From Bispira polyomma (taxonomy: Eukaryota): DNA of 64,000 nt. The stretch is from NCBI GenBank assembly GCA_965649765.1, contig OZ287752.1, positions 32,488,001 to 32,552,000 of the forward strand, written 5' to 3'. A model generated the notes under the pieces. The model saw nothing but the letters and a program-made list of their open reading frames with translations. It did no database searches and was not told the DNA's origin. Positions 28,586 to 41,600 of this stretch are shown in pieces (position 1 is the first letter of the stretch; the number at the start of each line of letters is the position of its first letter). The position numbers and the translations under genes were made by a program.

Positions 28586-31500
28586 CATGAATACTTCTTA
28601 TAGCATCAGAAGCAGTACTTCTGTTATTTCAGATTGTTTCATTAAACCCTTAAACCCCTTTTTCTCTTTAATGGTCTCCATGTCTTCTTTATTAGCACAG
28701 AACATCTCTGTTATAAAGGAGACACACACAAATATCCTCTTGTACCTAAATTGGTGCATGAGCAATAGATATACAACATATATCTGGGGACAATAAAGAA
28801 ACTACCACCCATGTCATCTGCTCTTCAATAATAGATGTTATACATGCAATGTTCTGTCCCTGTAATGGATGCTGTCTCTTTTTTATCTCTTGCTATATGT
28901 AACAGAATTACTACTGATAATAAAGATCATCTACAACCCTCAAGTCTGTTTGAAGATGTAAAAAGAATTGGAGAGGGGCTTGGAGAGGAATTGTTGTAGT
29001 TTTCTAGTAAAAAGGTTCCAAAAAGTAGTTTTGTGTATTCTATCTACAACCCTCAAGTCTGTTTGAAGATGTAAAAAGAGTTGAAGAGGGGATTGGAGAG
29101 GAATTGTTGCCGTTTTCTAGTCAAAAGGTTCCAAAAGGTAGTTTTGTGTATTCTATTTACTTTAATTGTAAAGTCTAGTTTTCCCTTAGTTCATATTGAT
29201 TACAAATTCTGGTAATAACAAATCTCTTGAATGATTTTTACTTAACCAGGCCTGGTTTGTCGATGATGTCATAGTTCTTGCTAAGGTAATTTTTCTAAGA
29301 CCCAAAATAGTTAGGTGAGCAATAAACAGATTAAGCCTCTCTCAAATACACTGATACTTCTTTACCTGTTTAATCAAATGGTTTGTCTGATTACACAGAA
29401 GATTAATATATCAATATAATTAACTGTGTAGTTTTAGTGGCTGCTATTTCAATATTGGCATCTTTTATCTGGTCGTAACTAACTCATGTGTACTTAGTAT
29501 CAGTTTAACACATTAGTAAACAATGTGTCTATTTTTATTGATACTCCTTGTCAACAATAAAACTTGTATAGTTTATTAAATTGTTTAGTAATGAATCAAA
29601 ATTTCATACTTTATATTTTAGATCTGCTCCAACATTTAATGAACCATGCCTATCCTTCCAACCAATTTCATGTCAATCAATCCACTATTATTCTAGATAT
29701 GTGTGATAGATCTACAATATATAATTGGTCTATTAGTATATTATGTATGATGAAGATAAAAAATATACAAACAGTTTAACAAATGAGCCTGTTGTAATTT
29801 TTGGAATAGATTAGTGAGATGTTGTACATAGACCAACCTTCCTATGATATGTGGTATGTCAGTATGTGGGTGTTTGAGTGTGTGTTAATATTGAGTTGAG
29901 TTCCAACCTTCCTTGAGTTAATAACATTGCACCTCAGTGGAATGGTGTAGTATTGATTTTAAAAGTACTTTTATTTAACACACTGGTAAATTTATCTGTC
30001 AGAACATCAGGATTTTAATCCATCACTTTGTAATAAATCATAAGGAAGTGCGTGCTGAAATGATTTTAATGTACAACTAATGTTTTACCAGTTATCAATT
30101 TGGAAGAACGAAATTTCAAACAGCTAATTTTATTAATTATTGTTACTGGTGTGTTGTAGCTTAAATAAATGTACAAATTTGGAGTAATATTGCTTTATTG
30201 CATCAATATCCTTAATTTATTCCAAAATAATAGGCTTATATTACAAAAAACTTGGCATCATCAGAAAGAGCAATGAATGCACACAATAAACACCCAAGTT
30301 AAAAATACATTGATACATTCCAATATGCTAGAAAGGAAAGATGACAAGATAAAGAAGCAACAAACAACTTATAATAAGCGTAAACAGCCCTTCCATTTAA
30401 AGTAAAAGGTTTTCAAGACTAGCGTACCACTAAATTACCTAACTTTGACTATTAAGTGTCATTTGGGAAGATTATCAGCGGATTTTCAGGGTGTATTTAC
30501 AACTTGATAATTTAAGTACAAATACAACTTGATAATTTAAGTACAAGTGGGACAATTTTTTTAGACATTACGTAAAATTGCTTCTGGAAGTGGGGGTGGG
30601 TGTGTTATTGTTGACCAGAAGGGATACTCTGTAGTGTCTATACTTCTGCTCAGGTGACTCATTTCTAAAAAGTAAAAGAAATTCCTGGATCTGGCTTTCT
30701 ACTCGAATTGGCTACAAAAACTTAACGGATTCTTCCTTTGGCCTATGTGCCATCTGTCGGGTTACTACTAAATGTGTCAGGTTAATAATTTTTGGTTGCA
30801 GGAACATTTCAAAGGGATACATGGTACTATACTATACTCTGAATTCTCTCACTTATACCAGTAGGCGTGTGCTATTACTTAATGTACCCCGTATATTTTA
30901 GACATTCAAGACAACTTTGTGTATACTTATGTACTCTATAAATATAAATTTTATCTGGAAGAAACTCACTCATTTTCTACTTTTTAATTGTCACAGAAAT
31001 TCATTCTTATTATAGGCATTCTTAAATTATATATTACTGCTAGTTTCAACTATGAATTAATTTTCTCTAAGATAAGACTGGTAGTTTTCTTTTGTCATTA
31101 AACATTTAATCTAACTGTAAGGAGAAAATTACATTTCAAGCCTGATATTTTAAAAATATCAGCTTTAAACATGTGACAATACTATCAAAGGATATATGCC
31201 CATCGGAAGCAGTACTTGTATTTTACCATGTCTATTGAACCTCTTCCCTCTTTTCACTTTAATGGTCCTCTGGTAGTCTTTGTTAGCACAGAATCTCTCT
31301 TATAAAGGACATGGTGAACTATAAAGAAGACACAGAAAAAATATGTTCTTGTACCTGAGCTGGTTCAGTAACAATAGATAGAGACAATTTATGAGCTGAC
31401 CAGAGAGAGACTACCATGCACAGGAGTTTCGAGTTATTTCTGCAGTCATCTGCTCTACAATAATAGACATTGCACATGCAATGTTCAATGCTTGTAATGG

Positions 31501-34007
31501 ATGCTCTCTGTTCTTTATCACGGTGCTATATGTGTAATAGCATTATTACTGGTGACAAAAGATCTTCTGTGATGCTTAAGCCTGTTCGAAGATATAAAGA
31601 AGTTCAAGAAGGGCCTAAAAGTTGGTGCTGTCTAGTCAAATTTCCATCTTTCTTATAGTAAATACTGGGCTCTATGTAATGTGTTCAACTGTGGGTTACA
31701 AACTTGAGCAGTTTTATTACCAGAAAAAAGGATTGGTTTATAAAGAGATTAGATGTTGGTCTCAACATAATTGTTTATTGCACAATAGTTGATGCACCTA
31801 CTGACCATGTGAATGCTAAATGTTGTATGTAATAAATGACATTGGATGAGTGATAGTAATTTTTTGTTTTAGATTTTTGACACTTTGTGGTGGGTGTACT
31901 GAGTGACTTTAGTTTAACAGTGAGAAGTTTGTCATGATTTGAACATAGAGTCTTCATTAGGTGTTAATGAATGTTATACTCCCATGCAAACCCTCACGGT
32001 TAGAAATGATACATTGTGTGAAGCTAAACAAATATACATTAATTTTTACAGTTTAAAGATCCTAAACCTCAAGTAGCAATATTTTTTACATCGATTTCTC
32101 AAGTAAATGTATGTAATGTATTATTTTGGCTATGTGCATTAAACTTATGATGCTGTAGAATACACATCAAAAATATATAAATACTGATATTTTATATTAT
32201 ATCTCTGAAATTATAAAAATTAAATGGCATGCAGCAGAGTGAATAGCTCGACCAATGGGCCACAGTGGCATAAAGTGAAAAAAAATTATACCCTAGTCTG
32301 CTCCCAAATTCCTTCCTATTCCTTGTGCCATATTTCATTTTTTTTTTTTTTTTTTCATTTTTAATGTGCCTAATGGATGTGAGGTATCTTCTAAAGCACA
32401 ACAACAGAGTCAAATAACCAATCAACAGGTCGATAAAACATACCCAGGTCATAAGGAAGAATGGGGGGATGTCTAGGGAGGGGACTACGGGGTAGGCGAG
32501 TTTAAAGAGATAGGTTAAGGCATTTAATATTTACAGGATTACGAAAAATCAACCTTACATTTACATTGGGGATTTTTGCTTGCTATATTTAGTGATCTAA
32601 GCTCAACTAGGAGACTATGCAAATCAATTTAGTAGCAATATTGCAAGCCTTGAGATACATAAGGCACTTTAGTGGCCAAAACTTCCCAGATTATCCTTTG
32701 TATTCGGATCTACTCCAACAATTCAAGGATTCTTTGTTTTAACCAACAGACATTAGCAAAAACAAAACCTCCTTTTTTTCCATAGCTAGTCCAGGTGTAT
32801 TCATCTAATTTATTCGACTCAGAAATTCTAAAAATTTTGTAAAGGGGTTATTGTACAAAATAGTAGTGAACCAAACAACAATATCTTCATAGAGAGGAAT
32901 ATTGCAAAGTTTGTTGATTCCTACAAACGTGAGAGAGAGATCCTACAATATAATGGGTTTACAGAGTAATTGTATAACTGGGACATTCAGTACATGTGTA
33001 CAAGCCATAGTCGCATATACAACTTTGGTCTATTTTCTCTGATTTAACCAATATATGACTCCCAATCCTATAATTAATATTAGTGTGCATATATTTTAAC
33101 AGTTAGAAAAATAGAATATTTTTTATCAGTAAACAACTAGCTCAAAATTGCTTATGATTATATTTAATTATTAAAAATAGGTTTAATATATATCTTAATA
33201 GTTACAACAAGAAAATCAACAATGTAGGTAAACAGAGTAGTAAATATCTTTCAAAATCAATTTTTTTTTAAATTGTATACTGGCTGGGAGATTTCATTCA
33301 ATATATGTGTATAATCTATATTCACATAAATTTGAAACAACTGTGTGTTACGATATTGACCCCCAAAACAATTAGTTAGCTAGATTGGCGGAATACTAAA
33401 GTGTTGTAGTCAAACAGGAAATGGTTGGTCTTAAATGTACACTATTTACTATTTGTGCTACAGAGGTGAAATTCCTGCTTGTGTTCATTGGTTGGTTTCT
33501 TTAATTGTTTGTTTGTCACCATGATTGCTTGGTTTAAACTACTGAACCCATTTACATAAAATTTGCAGGAGGGATGGGACATGGGGAAACACAGATCCAG
33601 GTAGAAGTGTGGATACAAGAATTGTTCACACTATTTTGTGCTGTGGTACTTTATTGAGTGCACTTCTAGTTGTTGTTGTTGGACTTCTATGTCACAATTT
33701 TGTATGGATGGGATAGTGTGGTTTTTAACACAGTGAAGTACTCATATTGGACCTTTTAAACCATTATGGCCTTGGAAACTCGACCCATACTAGGTAGAAA
33801 AGTATACCACTTGACTATAATATCCAGGTCTTCAATGTGATCTTTACTCACGATCTTCTAATATGGACAGATTCATTGGCACAGATAGATAGGCCCATAT
33901 CTAAGAAAAAATGTGCAGTTTGACAAGTTTGTCATAGTACAGCTTGTAAATGTTAGGTCTTATTACTATTAGGATACATTATTGGAAAAGTTCTTGGTTA
34001 ATTTCTA

Positions 34008-34206
34008 ACCTCAGTCAGGGGTTAGACCATTTATGTATCAATGTCTCAAAGATTCGCAAGCCAGGCTCTAGGATAAGACCCAGTGACATTTTTATTGGCT
34101 ATCTAAGCTACTATGTATCTGCCTTGACCCGGTAATGCCAGGTTAAGATAAAACCCAGGTTTTCTGTGGTCCTTATCAAGTGTGTTAACCACTAGGGCAC
34201 CATGGC
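34008..34206 (-). mobile_element. Same SINE family inside monomer B (also ~12600-12775, 18385-18578, 26460-26652; remnant 38530-38645)
   Basis: Reverse complement ggtgccctagtggttaacacacttg...acctgggtt...atagtagcttagatagcc...ataaatggtc aligns by eye to 58741-58920. Confidence 0.75.
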
Positions 34207-35345
34207 ATATACACAGTGTTTAGCAATTAACCTAATTTCATTTTAATGCCTTAAAAAGAATTTGTGGGTCCACCTTGCTACTTGGATCTGCTCTAACATT
34301 TAATGGGCCATGCCTATCCTTCCAAACAATTTCATACCAATCAGTTAACAAGTTGTTTTGTGTAATCTTGGTCCCATACAAATCACAATGGGCATGGGAG
34401 AACACATCATCTCTTTGCCAAAAATAGCTATACAAATTCCATAGGTTCTTAAATGATAGACATATCTTGATATTCAGCTAAACAAAAACAGTTTCTAAAT
34501 GCTCAACTTGAGCCTACAACATGTTACTATACTTATCTAATGTTTCTTTAATGTGACTAAATTATTCCATATATGCCTGATAGATCGACAATATATAATA
34601 GAACTATTTGTATGTTATGTATGATAAAATAAAATTATACACACAGTGTAACAAATGAGCATGTTGCAAGTTTTGGAATGGATTAGTGAGGTTATCTACA
34701 TAGAACAGCATTCCTCTGACATCAAGACTTAATATGTGGGTATTTGTGTGTGTGTGTCAGGAATTGAGTTAATTAAATTGCCCCCAGTGGAATAGCTTAG
34801 TCTTCATTTTGAAAGTACTTTAATTTCACACACTGGTAAAAATCATCTGTCATTACATCCAGATTTGTAATCCATCTCTTTGTAACAAATGATGATGAAG
34901 TGCGTGCTGAAACGATCTTATTGCAACTAATCATGTTTTAGCACATGTATATTTTTTTTGTAAACATCTGATTGTTGAAGAAATAGACATAAGCATACTG
35001 TAGAATTAAGACATGCATTGAAAATATATATTTGCAGGAACTAAATTCAATAACAGCTAATCTTATTTAAACTTGTTTCTGATTTTCTGTTGCTTAAATA
35101 ATGAATATAGTTTGGGACAATAACTCTTTATTGCATATTTACAATAAAAGATTTATATTACAAAAACTTGGCATCATTATAAGGGCATTAAATGCACATA
35201 ACAAACACATTAAAAAATACATTTATACATTCCATAAGTACAACAAATATGTTATAAAAGATAAACAAACAACTTAAAATAATTTTTACTTAAATTGTTT
35301 GGTTTCCAGCTTTTATTTATCTAACTGGTACACAAATAGCACTTC

Positions 35346-38300
35346 CATTTAAAGTGCAAGATTACCAATAGTAAGGTATCACTACATAACCTGACTGTGG
35401 CTGTTAAGTGTCATTTGGGAAGATTATCAGCTGATTTTCAGGGTGTATTTACAACTCTCAGGTAAACGGGAGATTGATAATTTAAGTACAAGTGAGGCAA
35501 TGTTATGGTCATTATGTAAAATTGCTTCTGGAAGTGAGTATGTTATTGTTGACCAGAAGGGGCACTCTGTAGTGTGTATACCTCGGCCCAGGTGCCTCAT
35601 TGCCAAAACGTGAAACATATTCCCAGAGCTGGCTTTCTACTCAGATCTTCTCCAAAAATGTAATGCATTCTTTCTTTGGCCTGTGTGCCATCCCTTGGGT
35701 TACTACTGAATGTGTCAGAGAGATAATTATGGTTCAACGGACCATTTCAAAAATATACTTGATATTGTACTATACTCTGAATACTGTCACCAATACCAAT
35801 AGGCTTGTTCTATTACTAATGTACACCGTATATTCAAGACAATTTTGTGTATACTTATGTACTCTATAAGTAAAGATTTTAGCTAGAAGAAACTCACCCC
35901 ACTTTTTAATTGTTACGGGTCTTTATTTTTTATTATAGGGCATTCTTAAATTTTCTATTAATGTAAGTTTAACTTGGAATTAATTTGTTCCATCATAAGA
36001 TTGGTACTTTTCTTGCCTGATGTTTTAAAATAAGTAGTTTTAGTTTTTTATATGTGATTAATAACATTAGATGAGTGATGGTAGGAACAAGGAGCCATTA
36101 AGAAGCCATGTTTTTGACACTTTGTGGTGGATGTATTGGGTGCCTTTTAGTTACAAAGTGAGAGGGTTCTCATGCTTTGAACATATGGTCTTCATTATGT
36201 GTACACCTTTATGAATGTTATACTCCCATGCAAACCCTCATTGTTAGGAATGATACATTGTGTGAAATATATATCCATTTTCACCGTTGAAAGGTCCTAC
36301 ACCTTGAATAGCGATGACTACTGTGTAGTGTACCAAGATAACCAAGTGGCATTCACAAACATACATCTTTAATCCCCTTTAGATTTAATTAATTTCTAAA
36401 GCTGGTTAACAGTAGATACACATCTACTGACCTAAAAGATAAGGCAATACTCCACATTCACACTGATTGTCACTAAAGCAAGGATGTCAGAGATTTAGTT
36501 AATGCGATAGTTTCCGACTGAGGTCATGTTTGTATGGCCATAAAGATATAGTTAAGTCACAAAGAGATTAAGGAGCTCTCTAATACACTTGTACTTTTCC
36601 CCTATTCAGTCAAATGTTTCGTCTGATTACACAGAAGATTAATATATCAATATCATTTAAATGAGTATAGATTTAGTAGTTGCTATATTAATATTGCAAT
36701 TCTTCAGCTGCTTATAATGAATCCATGTGTACTTAGTACAGTTTAACACATTAGTAAACACCTGTGTATGTCCAGTGCTGCTTTTTGTCATTAATAAAAA
36801 CTGGTATCCTTTATTAAGTATTATATTGATGAATTAAACGTTATCAAACATATTAATAATGAAAATATAAAATAACTCATAACAAAAAATTTATAGTAGA
36901 TATCTGGAAACACTTCCTGAGTTTGGGAGAAAACGTAAAACCTATCTCTTCACACTGGGTTACCCCTTCACATCCCTCCCTATACACCCTAATATCCTTT
37001 TTTTACGACCTTGTTATGTTTTTCAACTTCATGTTTTTGTTAATTAAGTCTCCTGTTATACTTTAGAAAATGCATTCACGCTAAAAACACAAATGCAATA
37101 TACTTTATTTAATACACATCAAACTGAAAATTTAAAAATACTGATATTTCATCATATATCTTTAAAATTATAAAAGTTGAATAACACACATCAGAGTTAA
37201 TACCTTTATCAAGAAGCCACAGTTGCAAAAACGTAAAAATATTCTGGATCCACCATTTTACCTGGATGTACTCCAACACATAATGGAGTTTGCTTGTCCC
37301 AAGCCACATACCTGTGCCAAATTTCAAATTTGTATTTTGCATTTTTGACTGTGTATTATTGATGTGAGGCATCTTCTAAAGTAGATCAACAAAATCAATA
37401 AACCAAGCAAGAAGTCCCAAAAACATTGGCAGGTCTTCAGGATAGATGTGGGGAATACAGGGAAGGAACTAACAGGGCAAGCAAGTTTCAAGAGATAGGT
37501 TACTCTTGTTGTTTATAGTGATCTAAGATCAACTGGGTGACCATCTAAATCAAATTAGTAGCAATATTGCTATACTAATAAGGCACCATAGTGTCCACAA
37601 ATATTGAAGAAGAAAACAATTCCCAGATCCTCGTTTGTATTCGGATCTACTCCAACAATACAAGGAAACCATATTTTAACCAACAGAAATCGTCAGAAAC
37701 AAAACCGTCTTTGTGGTCATAACTAGTCGAGGTTTATTCATCTGATTTATTGGATTCAGAAATCCTAACTATATTGTACAGGTTGTGCAAAATAGTCAAC
37801 CAAATAACTGTAAGGAGAATATCGTCACAGAGAGGAATATTGCTAGTTTGTTATTTCCTGTAAACGTGAGAGACAGATCCTACAATTAAAGGGGGTGTTA
37901 ACAGAGTAACTGTATACTGGCTGGGACAATTTATTCAGTACATGTGTATAAGCCATATTTTTCGGATAAACTTTCAAACAACTTTATTCACATTTGTTGA
38001 AGGGAAATAATTTCCTCCATATTCTATTAATTGAACTTCTCTTTCTCTGTTTCCAGAGAGTAAAATACTTATCTACTGACCTTCAATATTTACCGCCCAC
38101 TGCATTTGGAAATTCGGGCGCAAAGAACTTTCAACAACCTCTTTACCCTTTTTTCTGCTGTCAGTTATGAACAGAAGGTCTGATACTTGTTGCTGTGTGT
38201 TACTATATTGCCGCCACACACACGCACACAAAACAAATATAAGTTGGCTAGACTCGTGGAGTACTTAGGGGTTGGAGTTAAACAGGGTATTGGCTTAATT

Positions 38301-38650
38301 CTCTACCATTTACTACCTCTGCAAAGGTCCTACATCCGTTAGTTGGTTTATTTTATGACCAGGTAGAATTACATAAAGGAAACTGCTGAACTACTGTCAT
38401 TTAGTGAATAGATGGTGTATAGGGCACAAGAATAATTAAATTATGAAGAAGGATTTTATGGTAGAAAATTCATTAACGATATTGGCAATAATTAAGACAT
38501 CCAACTAGGCTGTTAACTAGAGAATGACAGTTAGGTATCATTGTCACCAACGTTCGTTAGCTGGTCACAGGTGGTAGGGCCCCATCATAGTAGGGTATCA
38601 TTTAACTGGTTATATGAGTGACTATGTATCCCCTTCTACCTGGGATCCTG
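35346..38650. repeat. Diverged terminal segment of the array (monomer C)
   Basis: Degenerate matches to A-specific blocks (35346-35560, 36560-36830) and B-specific blocks (36110-36310, 37130-38320, SINE remnant 38530-38645). Confidence 0.8.
36905..37105 (+). mobile_element. Short L2 3'-end remnant unique to the terminal monomer
   Basis: aaaacctatctcttcacactgggttacccc (KTYLFTLGYP) followed by a degenerate 3' UTR. Confidence 0.7.
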
Positions 38651-41600
38651 CATTTCCAACAAAATAATAATTATAAATTAGGTCTTAATCACAGATATGT
38701 AACTACTAAATATAAAACAGTTATCTTTTATTTTAACCCAAAAATTGATTTATCATTAAAAATATATTAATGATCTTCATTGTATCAATTGACAATACAT
38801 TCAACCAACATATCGCTGTCTGATTAATGTAATTGGACTGAAACTAAAATACTTGCCATTTAACACAAAGATGAAGCTTTTATTCCCCGTTAAAAAGTTG
38901 CCTTTTGTGTCCCTATTTATTGTACTAATTTGAGAAAGGGGGTCAATGCCCTTTTTGTATTTACAGTAGATATAAAAATACCCTTTTTTAGTGTGCATTA
39001 TCTTACTACAAAGGCCTTATCTATTTCCAAATATTGGTCTATTTTCTTCTGTTCTTAAAAAAAGGGTTTATATGTCAATTGTAACACAAACAAAATAATC
39101 AAAATTTGTAAACAGGGTAGTGAACCAACTTCACCAATCAGGTTGGGTTGGAGTTAAATTGAAATATTTTAGCGAAAGACGACAGTTCAAGTTAATTACA
39201 AAATGTATTTTCAAACTGCACTACCTTAAAAAGTGTATAATTTCTCGGCCCAACTTTATTAAGGTAAGGATTAAAATGATTTAGATCTAGAATTTAGGAA
39301 TCAGAAAGTTCAGTCATCCTAATAATGTATGTCCCACCTTTTATTTATTTTCCAGTATTATTCTTTCCATAAGAGATGTAGTATGGTGTGTTTTTTTAAT
39401 TTGTCACAGTTGGTGTTCCATATTTAGCCATTGCCATTCTGAAATGCGTTGTATTTGTGTTGTCAATGTGCAGTTTTCTGCATACTGTATATTCAAGAAG
39501 ATGACTCAAGTAGTTATATCATTATTTTCGGATGTTGAAGTATTCACGTTCAGGTGTTCTCAGATAATATCATTTTAAAACTCATACTGACTGCCCACTG
39601 TGGTTAAAAACCTATGTCCCATTTCAGAAATTTTAATTGAGATCTCTGAAGTTCACCGGTGATTGCCCCGTGATTGAGTTTTGTACAAGTTGAAAATGCC
39701 TAGGTCACATGCGACCGCTGTCTGGTAACCTTACTTAACCCCTGATATGCTCATATGGTGTGACAATTTAAATTTAAAATACATTTCTGCAATAAGTCAG
39801 TTACAGCAGGGAGCTTGGGCATTACCATCACAAAGATCGCACTCGTTGTGTCAGCTGCGTGTATCTGTCATCCCATGATCGCCTATTTAGTTGCCCCAAA
39901 TTTTCACCTTAAAAAACTCTTGAGCCACATAAACAATAAGATGTACTCGATTTAGGGAGCGATGTTGAGAACGCCATATAAATTAATATGACCAGTGTAC
40001 GACCAGTGCAAATTTGCGATTTTTAAAGTTGAAAACAAAACCTTTATTGTTCTGTCAAAATAAATCCTCCTGTGAAAAAAAACACACAGACAGGTCATTT
40101 CCCTGGGGTTTTGCTTTTGTTTCTTGTTACTTTTTCTGTTGTAATGTGACAGGATGCAGATGATAGATAGAAATCTATGACAAATTGGTCCCAACCATAC
40201 ACAAGTCTGGGTCCATATATCAGTCCAAAAGAAACTGTAGCTCAAACTCAGACTGAAACTCCAATAGAAACTATGTTTTAGTCTCTGTAAACTTTGAAAG
40301 AACCTGTACTTGTGACCATTCATTTTAACAGGGATTTTAGTGCTGAATTCATATATGCAGTCAGATTTAACTTTAATTTTACTGCAGCCATAGATATAGG
40401 AGAGATACATTTGTGTTGAGCTTAAGTTTCTGAGTTGAGATTGTAGGTGGAAGCTACTTCAAACAGGTCTGTGTCAAGTAAAGAGATCATCTATGCTGTG
40501 TCTTCATAATTCAGTGGCTGAAGAAACATCAGCTAAAACGTGGTGTCTTTAAAGGACATTTATTTGCAGTTAATAAGCTTTTTTTGATCGTTAATTAGTG
40601 GTCCTCTATCACAAGTAATTTGTAGCTAGTCATGCAATACTGTAGCTATATTTAGAATGAGCAACAAATTAAAAAAAGGCATTTATCATGTACTATTTTT
40701 TTTTATATTAATACCTGTTCTTAGTATTCTCAATTATATATAGAATTAATATATGGTGATATATAGTATTTATTTTATAGGCAAAATCTTTTGATGATTA
40801 TTAATAATAAGCAGAATCCAATCGGTATTGGACCTTTTAAAATCAAATGCAAAGGTACAATGTGATACAAATGCTTAGTAACTGTGGGTGTAAATTTTAA
40901 CATTTTAGAAAATATGGTTAAAACATGGTTAATTAATATTATTAATTGTTCAAATTTAATTGATTTTTTTACTTGCACTAAAGCTACATTAAAAATATAA
41001 TTAACATCCAACATATATGCATGGCATGGTTAGAAGCAATTGTTTGTGTTAATGTTACCAAACAGGGGAAGAAGAATAATCCCAATAACCATTATTCTCT
41101 CAGGTTTGACGTCAATATCAATATATCTCTTCAAAAAGATAGAAAAATATAACAAACAAGGATAAAAGTGGGATGTATGATATATGCCTGTTGTCACTAT
41201 AAGGTATTGTGTAAACCACTTGCTGTTGATAGGGATGCTGACTTAGAGTGAACATATCCAATTATTTAATACAGCTTATGTGTACCAAGTTATTTTATGT
41301 TTACCGTGGAATTATTTATTTTTAGCAAAAATGAATGGTGTTACATATAAACAAACAGCAGTTTTGTTTTTTGTGACAGTACATTAGGAATAATCTTTAT
41401 AAAAAAAACATTATACCTCAAACAGAACGTGGCAATGAGCAAAGACTGAGTCATAAGCACTGTTACATTATAAAAGAGGGAAAAAATAGCAGTGATAAAT
41501 GACAATATCCTATCTATGGTAGTTGGTACCTGTTCTGGATAACAGCAAAAGAGAGCAACACAAAAAATACTTATTGGTCTTTGATAAATGGCATAAAAAT

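Larger units (their letters stand above)
28171..35345. repeat. Array unit 5
   Basis: Colinear with the others. Its B monomer keeps a segment (~34490-34600) that other B copies lack but A copies have. Confidence 0.85.
1..38650. repeat. Higher-order tandem array (macrosatellite): five A+B dimer units plus a diverged terminal monomer; extends beyond the window start
   Basis: The A anchor (gtgtgttaagattgag-like) recurs at ~1330, 8525, 15010, 21903 and 29882. The B anchor (gtgtgtcaggaatggag-like) recurs at ~5483, 13235, 18990, 26985 and 34755. The two alternate strictly and share orientation. Confidence 0.95.

Noticed and set aside
1-35345. Array as a pure assembly artefact
   Set aside because: Each unit has many private substitutions and indels, and one has a private LINE insertion. 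Local chimerism cannot be excluded.
313-37372. Dozens of recurring 60-120 aa ORFs in the array as a tandem gene family
   Set aside because: Starts, stops and frames differ between copies. Several are off-frame readings of L2, SINE or HINE remnants, for example 6658-7023, 26404-26679 and 6051-6326.
1-38650. CRISPR array, or rDNA/5S/histone/snRNA tandem cluster
   Set aside because: Eukaryotic context, no short repeat-spacer periodicity, and no recognisable rRNA, histone or snRNA sequence. U1-like words (atacttacc at ~17790, ctgacccct) are short and not colinear with U1.
39952-40410. 152-aa ORF downstream of the receptor
   Set aside because: No recognisable domain, and its composition is typical of chance ORFs in AT-rich DNA.
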